From positions 29,923,248 to 29,987,247 of the forward strand of contig NC_092393.1 in NCBI RefSeq assembly GCF_030028105.1: a DNA stretch of 64,000 nucleotides, written 5' to 3'. The stretch comes from Mobula birostris (lineage: Eukaryota). Below, one piece after another: positions 1 through 13,021 of the stretch. A model generated the notes under the pieces. That model saw nothing but the letters and a program-made list of their open reading frames with translations. It was not told the DNA's origin and did not search any database. A program made the position numbers and the translations under genes. Positions within the stretch are counted from its first letter, which is position 1. Every line of letters starts with the position of its first letter.

Positions 1-1044
1 CCTGCTCACTTCTTTTAAACCCTCTCCTTCTATACAATCCAATGTCTCCTGGGGAACTGTCACACACAAAATGTGCCAACTGCCCGCATTCGCCTCTTTA
101 AAACTCTTTCTCTCCCTCTACACAATTTAATGTCTCCTCAGGAATTGTGGTATGGAAAATGTCAATGAAAAATAGACTAAAATGAATGAAAGAAATAGAC
201 TAAGAAATTTTAGAATATAATAAATAGAAGTAAGCCATATGGTTTTTCTGTGTCTGCTTCATTGAGCAAGGGCTGATGTTTACCTCAGCACATTTATTCG
301 AAAAGGTCATAAAGGATGAACCAAGTGGTAACAGCTGGTGTGTCTATTGTCAGTGATTGGCAATATTTTTAAAAATTCTGATGGACAGAATTAATCTGCA
401 TGTGTAAATGCAGGGATTAATCAAAATAGTATGGCTTTATTAGGGATGATCATGCCTGTCCAATTTGACTAAAAATTTCCAAAGAGTTAACGGCTATAGC
501 TGGTATACTGTGGGCAGTTTTGGCCAGCACAGTATTGAAATTATGTGATAGCACTGGAGAGGTTTGGAAGGAGTTGTCTAAGGTGCCTGGAGAATTGCTG
601 CAGTTCCTGTCAATGGTATAAACTGTTGTTACTGCTCATCAGTGGTGAGTGAGTGAATGGTTGCGGAAGGGGTGCCTGTCAATTGGCTGCTTATTCTGCT
701 TTTTAACAATCATTATAATTTTTTTAAAACACAGCCTTCTATTATTTTCCTCCAAAGTAGATGACCTCATATTATTCCACAAGTGCCTGACATTGACTTG
801 ACTCACCTCTATACCTTTGAAGGCTTATCTTCATCTTGGTATGGTAAATATTAACTTCGAGCCAATCACTGATATACTTTATGAATAACTGGGTTCCCAG
901 CAGGGATCCATGTTAACATAATCTTCCAACCCAAAAAAATGGTCATTAATTCCTACACTTTGTTCTCTGTCCCCCGCCAAATCACAGCAGTTACCAATGC
1001 CATAGATTTACTCAAAAATCCAACAGTACTTTAAATGTTATTCT

Positions 1045-1335
1045 ATTTAGAGATATAGCACAGAGTAGGATCTTCCGGTGCTTCGAGCAACATCATCCCT
1101 GCAACCCCAATAACCCCAACTTACTCCAACCTAATCAAGGGACAATTTACAATGATCAATTAACCTACTCTGTACATCTTTGGACTGTGGGAGGAAACCA
1201 GAGCACCCAGGGAAAACCCACATATCTCACGGGAAGGATGTACAGAGACTTCTTATAGACAGCGCTGGAACTAAACTCCAAATTCGGTCACCCCAAACTG
1301 TAATAATGTCATGCTAACCACTAACCGTGATGCCC
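1045..1335 (-). mobile_element. tRNA-derived SINE, V-SINE/HE1-like, with CR1-like 3' tail
   Basis: Contains the V-domain-like block ggactgtgggaggaaaccagagcacccagggaaaaccca (plus-strand reading); degenerate tRNA-like head near 1270-1335; CR1-type tail near 1045-1085. Confidence 0.65.
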
Positions 1336-2211
1336 AAATAAGTTAAGAAGCCTCTAGAAATGTGAGTATGAGTTCAGTTTTGTCATTACACTACAAGTTG
1401 TCAAATATAAGTAAAGTATTTCTCCTACCTTACTTTGACCTTAGAAACGATTATCATTTGAATGTCATAGTGGAAGAAGTTTGCTTGAAGCAGATGTAAG
1501 TATAGTTTCAATGCCATGCTCTATTGTTAGAGCAAGTTTGAACCCAAGTGTGATAATCAATAATTATTTAGTTTAACAGGCCAAATGTTAAAGATTTGCC
1601 TACAGATTTAGCAGATTAACAAATGTATTTCTTGATCATGTGGCAAGGCCATTTGCAGCTGATAATTAAGTATTCCATTTAATTAAAAGGAAATTATTAT
1701 GTCTCCTTCTGAACTCCTTTGTATTACCCCCATCCTGTACATCCATTATAGTGTTTGCCTGCAAACCTTCTTAGGTAGCTGTTTCGATGCTCATGTGTGA
1801 AGTTTAGAAATGAAAGAACTAAACACTTGCACTCAGTCTCCAATGATATTGATTAAAATGTAACAAGAGATATGCATGAAAAGTGAGAAAAGTGTATGAG
1901 TAATGGAGAATAACATACATTATTGTACAATCCTTTAATATTGATTTACTAAGTGTTATTTTGTAATAATGCAAAAGCTTTTTTTGCAAGGACTTACTGA
2001 GACAAAATTGAATCAGGATCTTCAGACTGCTGCTTAGGAAAGAGAAAGTCCATTTTAAATTAAGCAGCTTTCTAAAATCATTAATAGTTCTAGTAAAGCT
2101 ATACTGTAACGGTAAAACTGACATTACTAATACACTACTGTGGCTTAAAAGATCCTGCGAGTGTGTTAGTGACTTGTGAATGAGAATGCTGGAAGGGGTG
2201 GAAACTCATTG

Positions 2212-2370
2212 AAAATCATGGATGCTGTAAATCTGAAATAATATCAGAAAATGCTGGAACAGTCATAGGGATGGGCAGCGTCTATGGAAAGGGACACAGT
2301 TAAAATTTGAGCTCCAAGGTCTTTCATCATAAATTCCTGACCTGCTGAGCTTTTCTCATCAACTTGTGTT
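2212..2370. mobile_element. Degenerate Penelope-like terminus, partly fold-back
   Basis: gatgctg..aatctg..atgctggaac..ggcagcgtctatggaaa..ctttcatca followed by the inverted piece cctgacctgctgagc; same family as 42420-42651 and 54444-54668. Confidence 0.6.
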
Positions 2371-3334
2371 GAAATGATTAAGTTTTCACTTCGGGAGGAG
2401 AGCATGAGTGATATCTCTAGTACAGCGCTGTATAGCTATAAATGATATATGGCATCTGTAGCTGGGACCTGCAATGATCCTCACCTGGGAAATTGAGATC
2501 AGCCATGACTGACTGTGAAAAAAGACTGTGTACATGTGTAAACTTGTATTTGAGATCATGTAAAGCTACAGATATCAGTGGAGATACCCTACAGCCTGCA
2601 TAGAAAACAGTAAATTCTCAGAAGAAATCACGTTAGGACTATAGCTCCATGATAAACCCTAAGGGCATTAATCGTTGGTGATGAACCCTGTAATTCCTCC
2701 TGTGAAATGAAACCTGAGAATGTCAGTGATGCCATGGAGGTGTCTGTAAAATGGCAAATCTAGACAAATCCAACCGTTGGTCAGGTTTGCTGGAAAAGAG
2801 TTATTTCCCATACTCCCTTCAAACTTATACTCCTTATCCCTACTCCCTTTAAACTTACTGGGATTACAGAAAAAAAAACCTAGAAGAAGTGAATTAAAAG
2901 TGTATTGGAGTATAAACTGGAATACTATTCAATAGTTCAGAAAATCTTTTGGTCTTAGCTTTGTGGGCCGATGGGCCTGTATTGTGCTGCAGGTTTTCTA
3001 TGTTTTCAATGTTTCTCACTAAAATCATGAGCATAGAAGATAATGGGAGTTTTAGGAATCTGTGAAATGAACTATGCACATCAAACAAAAGCAGTAGTGT
3101 GTTTCTAAACATATATATCACATCTGATTAATAGATAACAACTTACTGTATGTTAGTAAGTCATATCTAGATTCCACAATTTATTTTATGTTTTACTCCT
3201 GTATCCCCATGCACACTTCCCCGATCACAGCAAACATCTCCCCAACAATGCCATTCATTGAAATATTGAATAAAAAAACACTTCAAACATAACAGAAGTA
3301 CATAGTTCCTTCAATATATATACTGTACAAGATA

Positions 3335-4848
3335 TGGTCAAGGGAGGCGGAGAAGCATTTACAGGGTTGCTTTGAATCAATGGACTGCACCATGTTCAGG
3401 AATTCATCTTCAGATCTGAATGAATGTCACAGCATTCACCAACTTCATCAAGACCTGCATGGATGAATCTGTGTCTTGGAGAAAAAAAAAGTTTTCTCAA
3501 ACTAGAAGGCCTGGATGAACCAGGAGAGTCACATTTTGCTGAGGACTGGATCTGTGGCACTCAAGGCCAGTGAGCAGAATCCAACAAGTCCTCCGGGTAC
3601 AACCTACAGAAGGCCATCATGACAGTGAAAAGGCAACTCTGTGTGAAACTAGAGATATAATCAGATACCCAACAGCTATGGCAGGATTTGCATGCCATTT
3701 TTACTTCCTATAAGGCAAAACCTAACAGTATAAATGGCAGTGATGCTTCATTCTCTGAAAAACTGAATGCTTGTTGTGCATGCTTTGAAAGGGACAATAA
3801 CACTAGATCTGTGCAAATCACCATGATCTCCGTCTTGGAGACCAATTATTAGAACATCCTTCAAGATGGTGAAGCTCCACAAGACATTGGGTCCCAATGG
3901 TACTTAAAGCCTGTGCCACCAACTGGCTGAAGTGTTCAAGGATATCTTCAACCTCTCACTAAAGTCTGAGGTTCTCACTTGCTTCAAAAGAGCAGTAATT
4001 GTACTGATGCCCAAGAAGATCAGGGTGAGCTGACTCAACAACTATTGCCCAGTGGCACTCAGTTACTGTGATGAAGTGATTTGAAAGGTTGGTTATGGCT
4101 AGAATTAACTATTGCCTGAAGCATGGACCAGGATCCACTACAATTTGCCTATAGCCAATACCAATCTACAGTGGATGCAATCTTACTGGCGCTCCACTCT
4201 GCTTTGGAGCAACCAGATAACAGCAAAATATACTGTATGTTAGATGGTTGTATATTGATTACAGCTCACCATTCAATACCATCATCCCCTCATTATTAAT
4301 TAACAAGCTTCTAGACCTGGGCCTCCATACTTCTGTTGGCAACTGGATCCTCATTTTCCTTATCAGACCAAATTCAGTGCAGATCAGTAAGAGTATCTCT
4401 CCATTACTGACAATCAACATGGGCTCAACTCAAAGATGTGTGCTTAGCACACCACTCTGCTCTCTTTACACATGACCATGCTGCTAAGCACATCTCAAAT
4501 GCCATCTATAAATTTGCAGCTCACAACACTGTTGTTGGTAAAATCTCAGACAGCAACAACAGGTTTATAACAGTGAGACAGATTAGCTGGTCAAGTGGTG
4601 TTGCAATTACAACCTTGCACTCAACATCAGCAAGACCAAGGAATTAATTGTGGGTTTCATGAAGGGAATTTTGGAGAACACACATCAGTCCTTATTGAGG
4701 GGTCAGTGGTGGAAAGACTGAGCAGCTTCAAGTTCCTGGACGTTAACATCTCAGAGGTTCTATCTTGGGTCCAACATATTAACGTAATCATAAAAAAAGG
4801 CATACCAATGGCTCCAAGTTATTAGGAGTTTGAGGAGATTTGGTATGA
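3335..4848 (+). mobile_element. Rex1/Babar-like non-LTR retrotransposon, degenerate RT
   Basis: Frameshifted RT motifs: LAEVFKDIFNLSL, NNYCPVAL, DPLQFAY, YIDYSSPFNTIIPSLLINKL, YKFAAH (decayed FADD), SFKFLDVNISE. Confidence 0.8.
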
Positions 4849-5064
4849 GTTAGAATCAGGATTAATATCACTGACATATGATGTGAAATTTGTTGTTTTG
4901 CAGTAGTAGTACAGTGCAATACATCAAAAATACATTAAATATATTTATATGAAAAATAAATTAAATAAATAAATCATGCAAAAGAGAGCAAAAATAATGG
5001 GACAGTATTCATGGGTTGGTTCATTGTCTGTTCAGAAATATATCACAACTACTAGAAATATATA

Positions 5065-6650
5065 CAGGTGTCCCCCACTTTTCGAACGTTCGCTTTACGA
5101 AACCTCACCGTTACAAAAGACCTACATTAGTACCCTGTTTTCGCTTTCAGAAGGTGTTTTCACTGTTCCAAAAAAAAACTCAGCAAGCGAAAAAAATCAG
5201 CACAGGATAAAAAGCAGCGCGCACCCTGAGCAGCCGCTCTACCCGGATACGGAACGGCATTCTCGCCAGCATTGCTTTAACCCGAGCCTGTGAGCAGTCG
5301 TTTGCAAGATGAGTTCTAAGGTATCGGAAAAGCCTGAAAGAGCTCGTAAGTGCGTTACACTTAGCGTAAAACTAGACATAATTAAGCGTTTCGATCGTGG
5401 TGAACGAAGCAAGGACAAAATGAGTTTGGCTTGTGGAAGCTGATGAAGATGATGTTGAAGAGGTTTTGGCATCCCATGACCAAGAACTGATAGATGAAGA
5501 GCTGATGCAATTGGAAGAGAAAAGGATAACAATCCAAACCGAATGAGTAATGATAAAGTACGACTTTAATTTTGAAAGGGTATGTAGGTTTAGGGGATAT
5601 TTGCAAGATTCTTTGAATCCTTACAAAGAACTGTGTGATAGAAAAATGCGCGAGGCTCAGCAGTCAAGCAAGCCTTCCACATCAGCCACAGCAGACGATG
5701 AATCTCGACCTTCGACATCGAGGCGGGCAGGCATAGGAGAACATGAGCCGCCTGCCCTGATCGACGATGAGATGACACCCCCTGTGTCCTACCACTCCAA
5801 CACCCAGGTTGCGGACAGATACTGTACCGATTCGCGGAGAATGCAGCAGTAGCCGGGAGGCACACAGCACGTCTTTAAGAAAAAAGCCAAAATAAACATG
5901 CTAATTAATTAAGTGCTGCCCCACACGTAATTGTTGGCCCAGATCAGAGGCGATGCAATCGGCAATTGGCACTGATCTGGGCCGACAATTATGTGTCCGG
6001 CAGAACGTAATTAATTAGCATGTTTATTTCGGCTTTTTTCTTAAAGATGTGCTGGGTGTGTCCCAGCTACCGCTGGACCCCTGTGCGCTTTGCGGCAATG
6101 TATCGGTTGGTGGCCCGGAGGGTGGGGGCCACTGCACCACCCAACCTCCGACTCAGCCTAACACACCATCATCAGTGTGCTCTGCGGTGTCCCGATTCCG
6201 GTAAGTGATACTACACTGTACGTATATTATTTCTACTTTATATCGGCTGTGTATTTTTACGTGTTATTTGGTATGATTTGGCAGCTTCATAGTTTAAAGA
6301 TTACTGGAAAGCGCTTGCGCCGTGTTTTTGCCAACAGCGCTTGCGTGAAATTTTCTGCCGAAGGCATGAGATTTTCGCTATGGAGAGCAGTTCAGTAATG
6401 ATTGTGGAAAAGTATTTCTACTTTATATAGGCTGTGTATTTATCATATCATTCCTGTTTTTACTATATGTTACTGTTATTTTAGGTTTTATGTGTTATTT
6501 GGCATGATTTGGTAGGTTATTTTTGGGTCTGCGAACGCTCACAAAATTTTCCCATATAAATAAATGGTAATTGCTTTTTCGCTTTACGACATTTCGGCTT
6601 ACGAACCATTTCATAGGAACACTTTACCTTCGGATGGCGGGGGAAACCTG
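5065..6650 (+). mobile_element. Tigger/pogo-like DNA transposon, internal-deletion derivative
   Basis: TA flanks at 5063-64 and 6651-52; imperfect TIRs CAGGTGTCCCCCAC / GCGGGGGAAACCTG; transposase N-terminus MSSKVSEKPERARKCVTLSVKLDIIKRFDRGE joined to an acidic C-terminal piece DVEEVLASHDQELIDEELMQLEE; no DDE core. Confidence 0.8.
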
Positions 6651-6696
6651 TATATAAATAAAATATACTATATAACACAACTACTAGAAATATATA

Positions 6697-7520
6697 CAGT
6701 GGCATGCAAAACTTTGGGCACCCCTGGTCAAAATTTCTGTTACTGTGAATAGCTAACCAAGTAAAACATGAACTGATTTCCAAAAGGCATAAAGTTAAAG
6801 ATGACACATTTCTTTAATATTTTAAGCAAGAAAACTTTTTCATTTCCATCTTTTAGTTTCAAAATAACAAAAAAGGAAAAGGGTCCAAAGCAAAAGTTTG
6901 GGCACTCTGCATGGCAGTACTTAGTAACACCCCCTTTGGCAAGTATCACGGCTTGTAAACACTAAGAGTCTTTCAATTCTTGTTTGGGGGATTTTCGCCC
7001 ATTCTTCCTTGAAAAGGGCTTCTAGTTCTGTGAGATTCTTGGGCTGTCTTGCATGCGCTACTCTTTTGAGGTCCATCCACAGATTCTTGTTGATGTTTAG
7101 GTCAGGGGACTGTGAGGGCCATGGCAAAACCTTCAGCTTGCGCCTCTTGAGGTAGTCCATTGTGGATTTTGAGGTGTGTTTGGGATCATTATCCTGTTGT
7201 TGAAGCCATCCTCTTTTCACCTTCGGCTTTTTTACAGACAGTGTGATGCTTCCTTCCAGAATTTGCTTGTATTTAATGGAATTCATTCTCCCCTCTACCA
7301 GTAAATGTTCCCTGTGCCACTGGCTGCAACACAAGCCCAAAGCATGATCGATCCACCCCCATGCTTAACAGTTGGAGGGGGGTTCTTTTCATGAAATTCT
7401 GCACCCTTTTTTCTCCAAACATACCTTTGCTTATTGCAGCCAAAAAGTTCTATTTTAACTTCATCAGTCCACAGGACTTGTTTCCAAGATGCATCAGGCT
7501 TGTTTAGATGTTCTTTTGAA
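6697..7520 (-). mobile_element. Tc1-like transposon, 3' half
   Basis: TA|CAGTGGCATGCAAAACTTTGGGCACCCC terminus; ORF 6921-7340 has QQDNDPKHTSK and WPSQSPDLN (Tc1 DD34E region). Confidence 0.9.
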
Positions 7521-7614
7521 TCTTTTGAATAGAACTTTTCTTTTGATTTCTTTTCTTTTGATCCCTTTCCTTTTGATTCTGCTTATGGAAGCTAAAGCAT
7601 TCTACAGTCAACAA

Positions 7615-8969
7615 TGGCTTTGGTTATAAATGTTCCTGTGTTACTTTCATAATATCAGTAAAGCTCATTTCAGCTTTTTTGGTTGGAGTCGTCAAACCCC
7701 TAAGCAAACTATATGTTTTTCCACCCAATGCACTCAGCAAAACTAGTACTTGTTTCTTATTGGCTATTCCATTTGCTTTAAAATATTGCCCAATTAGCTC
7801 AGTATACATATTCCAGTTATATGTTGTGCTCTCAAACATAACAATCTTTCCGATGCAGCTAACCATTTCTGCTCTTTTTTTTAATGATTATTATCACCAG
7901 GTATTCACTGTAACTGAACTCATGAATTATTCTGCTTTCTGACTTTTTTTTTTAACTCAATCGCCTTTCCTTTTGTGAAGAAAACATGCAATGCTTTTTT
8001 TAAAAACTCAAATGTCTGGCTGCATTTCAACAGGTAGGTAGTCATCTTGGATTTGTTTAAAACTTCCTCATCACCACTGTTATGTCTTATAAAACAAGGA
8101 AGCCGTGAGATGCAATTCTTAGTTTGTTTTTTACTTTAAGCAAAGCACGCTCTTATCACATGTATGACCCGTACATTTCACGTATTTTTACATATAACCT
8201 TTAATGAATTAGGGTGTATGGGGTTTCAGGGAGGGGTAGCACCTCTTGTGTGAAGACCTGTCGTACCTTCCGAGGTAGGTCCTCCACCATTGGTCCTCAC
8301 CTGTGACTCCAAGTAAGCTGTTTGCATGCAACGGAGGCCACACCCTGGGCAACAGTTTCGACAGGCCAGACAAACCAGGTGAGAGTGGCTGTTGGGTTTT
8401 CCTGAACCCTCGATGACTTCAGGCTTGTCTACCCAAAGCATGTGCAGACTGAGTTCAGTGGACTGCATGGAGGAAACCACCACCACCAGCTGGTTTCCCA
8501 GCACACGTTATGGAGCGCAAAGAGCATGACAAGACACATAAATAGCCCTGGTTGTCCACTGCATCCTCACTTATCTCCAGCCATCTTGACTCTCATCGTG
8601 CCACTCAATCCAAATAGACTAGGATGAGAGAGTGAGGTTGACAACTTGAAAACTCTCCCTCACTTCCATCAAATTCACATGCAAGTAACGACATTGAAAC
8701 AACAGCATAAAGAATGAGCAGCAGGCACCTCAACTACAGAACGTTTACACACTTACCCCATGTGTAGGAGGTACCTCCTAGCCCAGATTGGACTCATCAG
8801 TCACCTCCCGAAACACAAATAACAAACACGCCCACCCAATGATGTCAGTGGTCCTCATTGCTCGCGATGGACATGCACACACAGTGAATTATTTAATCGA
8901 ACAAGATACATAATCAAACAATATATTTACAATATGACTCAAATACTACTGAATATTAAATACACAACA
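7615..8969 (-). mobile_element. Gypsy LTR retrotransposon 5' part (5' LTR, PBS, gag N-terminus)
   Basis: LTR 8078-8969 with TG..CA ends, interrupted by 8212-8884; PBS-like TGGTGATGAGG at 8066-8076; gag-like ORF 7624-7866 (WNMYTELIGQYFKANGI..LLSALGGKTYSLLRGLTTP). LTR resembles 26653-26868. Confidence 0.8.
8212..8884. mobile_element. Unclassified non-coding insertion in the Gypsy LTR (possibly RTE-related non-autonomous element)
   Basis: Flanked by 7-bp direct repeat TGAATTA (8205-8211, 8885-8891); removing it restores LTR continuity. Family assignment is a guess. Confidence 0.55.
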
Positions 8970-9485
8970 TCATGTACACAACTTAGTTGCTCCTATTTTG
9001 AACTCTTTTTGTAACTTACATGTTTTTTCACTGCATTACTGCTGGAAAACAAATATTTCATGATTATTAACTAAATTCTGAATCATCTTTGATCCCTACT
9101 TTTGGCTTCGTATTGCAAAACCAAAACCATAAGTTAATAGGTTTTAAGAACTAAATACTTTCCATTTGCCTCTGTTTGCAAATAACTTTAATTCCACATG
9201 TTTACTCATACTGGTTAAAGATTGTAGAGCTAATCATCAGAATAGTAAATGAAAATGTAACAGATTTTATAATCCCTGACAAACAAATCCCATTTATATT
9301 TTCTTCCCACTCACTGTCATAAACCATGGCATTTTGTAAAATAAAAACAAGTTCCTAATGTTCTACATTCCCCATCATTGACTGTATTAAATTTTCTCAT
9401 CATAAAGTCTATGAAACAGTATGTTTTTTCTCATTTCACATCTCTAGAATTTGCTATTTATTGCTTTTTTTTACATTATTCTTAC

Positions 9486-9685
9486 CTTGAAACCCATGTA
9501 GGTGACTTGTCCAGTGGCAATATACTTTCCACTCTTACTAACCGTAACAAAGGAGATATTGTTTGTGTGACTTTCCAGGAAAGCTTGTTGGCTACTGTTC
9601 AGATTTTGTATTATAGTTGTACATCCCAGGGGGTAAATTATATTTTCACCATCAGGGTGCACAGATAAGCCACTAGGTACCTTGC
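9486..9685 (-). CDS. CFAP52: CFAP52 (WDR16) coding exon 2, 200 nt
   Basis: ttgcag| (G)KVPSGLSVHPDGENIIYPLGCTTIIQNLNSSQQAFLESHTNNISFVTVSKSGKYIATGQVTYMGFK |gtaag; phase fits exon 1; recognisably CFAP52 N-terminal WD region. Confidence 0.95.
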
Positions 9686-11194
9686 CTGCAATACAAAAAT
9701 AGAGTGGCGTGCTGTTTGATCTGAAGCAGATATAAGAATCCCTGATTACATTCAACACTTAATATTTTGCAGAAGGGACTTCCAGAAATGGTTGCAAATC
9801 CCAAGAATAGCAAATAGTCAAGAGAAATATAATCTGCATGTAAAGATTAATAAATACTGTAAGTAGCATAATGAACAAAATATAACACATATAATAAAGG
9901 TAATGATGATGCATGAGAGATACTATATTATATTCCAACTGCCGTGTTCTCACCCACTCATTTATCTTGCACATATTATTTTACATCATCAACAAATTGG
10001 ATATATAATATTTCATTCTCTCAACAAATTATTGATGTAGATTGTGAACAGCTAAGGTCTAAACATTGGCCCCTGCAGACGCCCACATACCCTGTGAAAC
10101 TGACAATGGCAAGTTCATTTTAACCATCTACTTTCAGTCTGTTAACCAATTCTTAATCTATGTCAATAGATTACCCCTGATACGTTGTGCTTCTGATGTT
10201 TCTGACCAATATCCTGTGTGGGACCTTGCCAAAAAGGTTCACCAAAATTCAAATACAGAAGATTCACAGGTTTCTGTATTTCCTTACTCTAATAATTGTA
10301 TTTGTAAATAATTCCCACGAAAATTATTTCCATTTAACAAATTCACAATGACTTTGCTCAATCCTATTATTCTTTGCTTTGTGCTTACATCCCTCAACAT
10401 AGATTTCACTTAACACACATAGTTCCCAATCTACAGGATTTTGCAATATGATAACCAATGGAAAGATAATTAATGACAGTATGATGAAATAGCAGTTGTG
10501 CAATTTTTATTTGGAATCTGGAATGTACTGCCTGTGGATGTGGTAGCAGCAGTTTTCATTGTGAGTCCAAAAGGAAGTCTGATAAATATATTGTGAAGAA
10601 ATATTTTTAAGATGACAGAGAAAAGGCCAGGCTGGAATTAATGAATTCCTCTGGAAGTAATCCAGCATGGACACAATGGGCTGAATGACTATAGCAATTC
10701 AATGATTTGATGATGCAAAGTACCTACTCTTTATCGACCCCTCTTTCAAAACTCCAGAATATGGGTCATCAGGTCTTTCAGTTTCACCACCTCCCCAGCC
10801 CTTTTGCTTTACTAATTCCTTTCAGTGTCATATTCTTGCTAGATGCTTGATTCTCTCAGACTTCTGGTGGAGACTTTTTCTGTGACAACCAGTAATTGTT
10901 TAATATTTCTGCCTTTCCTTATTCCATCATTACAATTTCTCCAAATTATATCCGCAAGGAATACACTTTTGTCCTTGCGAGTACATGGAAGACCTCTCAC
11001 AATCTAATTTAACTTTCTTGATATTTTAATCACAACATCTTCCCTTTCTTTATCAATTTCTTTTTCATCCTTTGCTGAATACCAAAATGTTCCTGAAATT
11101 CAGACCGATTGCTATTGGTGGCAACTTTGTAATCGTTTAATTTAATACTATCCTTAATTCCACCACTCAGTGAAGCACAGATCAGTTTTCCTAG

Positions 11195-12132
11195 ACAATA
11201 AGACCATAAGAAATAGGAGCAGAATTAGGCCATTTGGCCCATCGAGTCTGCTCCACCATTCCATCATGGCTGATTTAATATCCCTCTCAACCCCATTCTC
11301 CTGCCTTCTCCCTGCAATCATTGCCACCCTGACTAATCAGTAACCTATTAACCCCCATTTTAAATATACTCAGTGACTTGGCCTCTACAGCCGTCTGTGG
11401 CAATGAATTCCACAGATTCTCTGACCTCTAGCTAAAGAATTTCCTGCTCATCTCTGTTCTAAATGGATGTCCCTGTACTCTGAAGCTGGGCCCTCTGGTC
11501 CTCGACTCACTCACTATAGGAAATATCCTCTTCACATCCACTCTTTCAATATTTCATAGGTTTCTATGAGATTTCCCTCATTCTTCTAAACTCCATTGAG
11601 CACAGGCCCAGAGTCATCAAACGCTCCTCATATATTAATCCTTTCATTGCTGAAATTATTCTCAAGAACCACCTCTGGACCTTCTCCAATACCAGTATGT
11701 CTTTTCTCTGATAAGGACCCCAAAACTGCTTATAATACTTCAAGTACAGTCTGAACAATGCCTTATAAAGTTTTAGCATGAAATCCTTGCTCTTATATTC
11801 TAGTCCTCTCAAAATGTATGCTAATATTGCATTTGCCTTCCTTACTACTAACTCAACCTCCAAGTTAACCTTCAGGGAATCCTACACAGGGACTCCCAAT
11901 TCCCTTTGCACCTCTGAGTTTTAAAATTTTCTCCCCACTTAAAAAATAGCATATGCCTTTATTCCTTTTACCAAAGTGGTTGACCACACACTTCCCTAAG
12001 CTATATTCCATCTGCCGCTTTTTGCCCATTTTCCCAATCTGTCTGAATACTTCTGCAGACTCCTGCTTCCTCAACACTACCTGCTCCTCCACCTATCTTC
12101 ATATCGTCTGCAAACTTGGCCACAAAGCCATC
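11195..12132 (-). mobile_element. CR1 LINE, 3' part (continues at 16500-18720)
   Basis: 3' tail cataagaccataagaaataggagcagaattaggcc; ORFs 11564-12092 with RGLEYKSKD..LEKVQRWFLRII. Confidence 0.9.
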
Positions 12133-12359
12133 TGAAGGCGAAAAAGAAATTCCTGGGTGGTATGAACACCCCAGATTGCATCCTCAACATTTTAAAGTGG
12201 GAGGGTGACAGCCAGAGGTAATGGTCCATGTAGGAATAATGATATGGGTAGGTCGAGTGACGAGGTTCTACATAGGGAATTCAGGGATATAGGTGCTAAG
12301 TTAAAGGGCAAGACCTCCAAGGTTGTCATTTCCAGATCGCTACCCGTGCCATATGCTAG

Positions 12360-13021
12360 TGTAGCCCCCCTGGCCACCCTCAGGGTTGCTCGGCTCGCTG
12401 TCGTCTAGGGAAACAGCCCTCGGCCCTGGCAAACTGGGCAATAGTTTGTGTGGATGCTGTGTGATTTAACCCACTCCGCCCAAATAACAGACAATACAGC
12501 AGATATGATTAAATGATTTACAGTTTATAGATATTATCGGAACTATATAATTAATGGAGAATAAAATATAAAAGGAAAATAAAAGGCGCCACACTTATCA
12601 AAGTTCAATCTCTTCGTGCACAAACAGTTGGAGCTCGGGACCCTTCGTCTTCACCCTGCGACCCCTCAGACCGCCTCGACTGGCTGCCTGAGACCAACAA
12701 CGGTGGTCGATCAGACGCTCCACACAAGTCCGTCTCCGTCTCCTCTCCTCGCCGAACGCCCCGCTTGGGGTCCGACCCCGTTAGCGGACTCACAGCACCT
12801 GCTCCATCCTATCTCTCTCTCTCTCCCGCCTTCTCCCCCAAAACCCGGCGCACACAATATCTTACAGATACACCAACAACATAACAACTATCGCAATCAA
12901 CAAACTGCTAGCGGGAAGGACTTTCTCAGCGTTTAATATAACAAAGAAGCATTCCCAAGTATAACATAACAAAGAAGCCATTTTAATTAGCCTACGCAGT
13001 AAAAGACGAAACCCCCTTACA
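12360..13021. mobile_element. Solo LTR, 662 bp
   Basis: TGTA...TACA ends with 4-bp TSD CTAG (12356-59, 13022-25); interrupts CR1 sequence; CpG-rich, so probably young. Confidence 0.85.

Noticed and set aside
5-150. Imperfect ~88-bp tandem duplication at the window start
   Set aside because: Only two diverged copies, cut by the window edge; nothing further can be inferred.
1-9485. Further CFAP52 exons (exon 3 onward)
   Set aside because: No exon-3-like peptide with splice sites recognised; probably beyond the window start.
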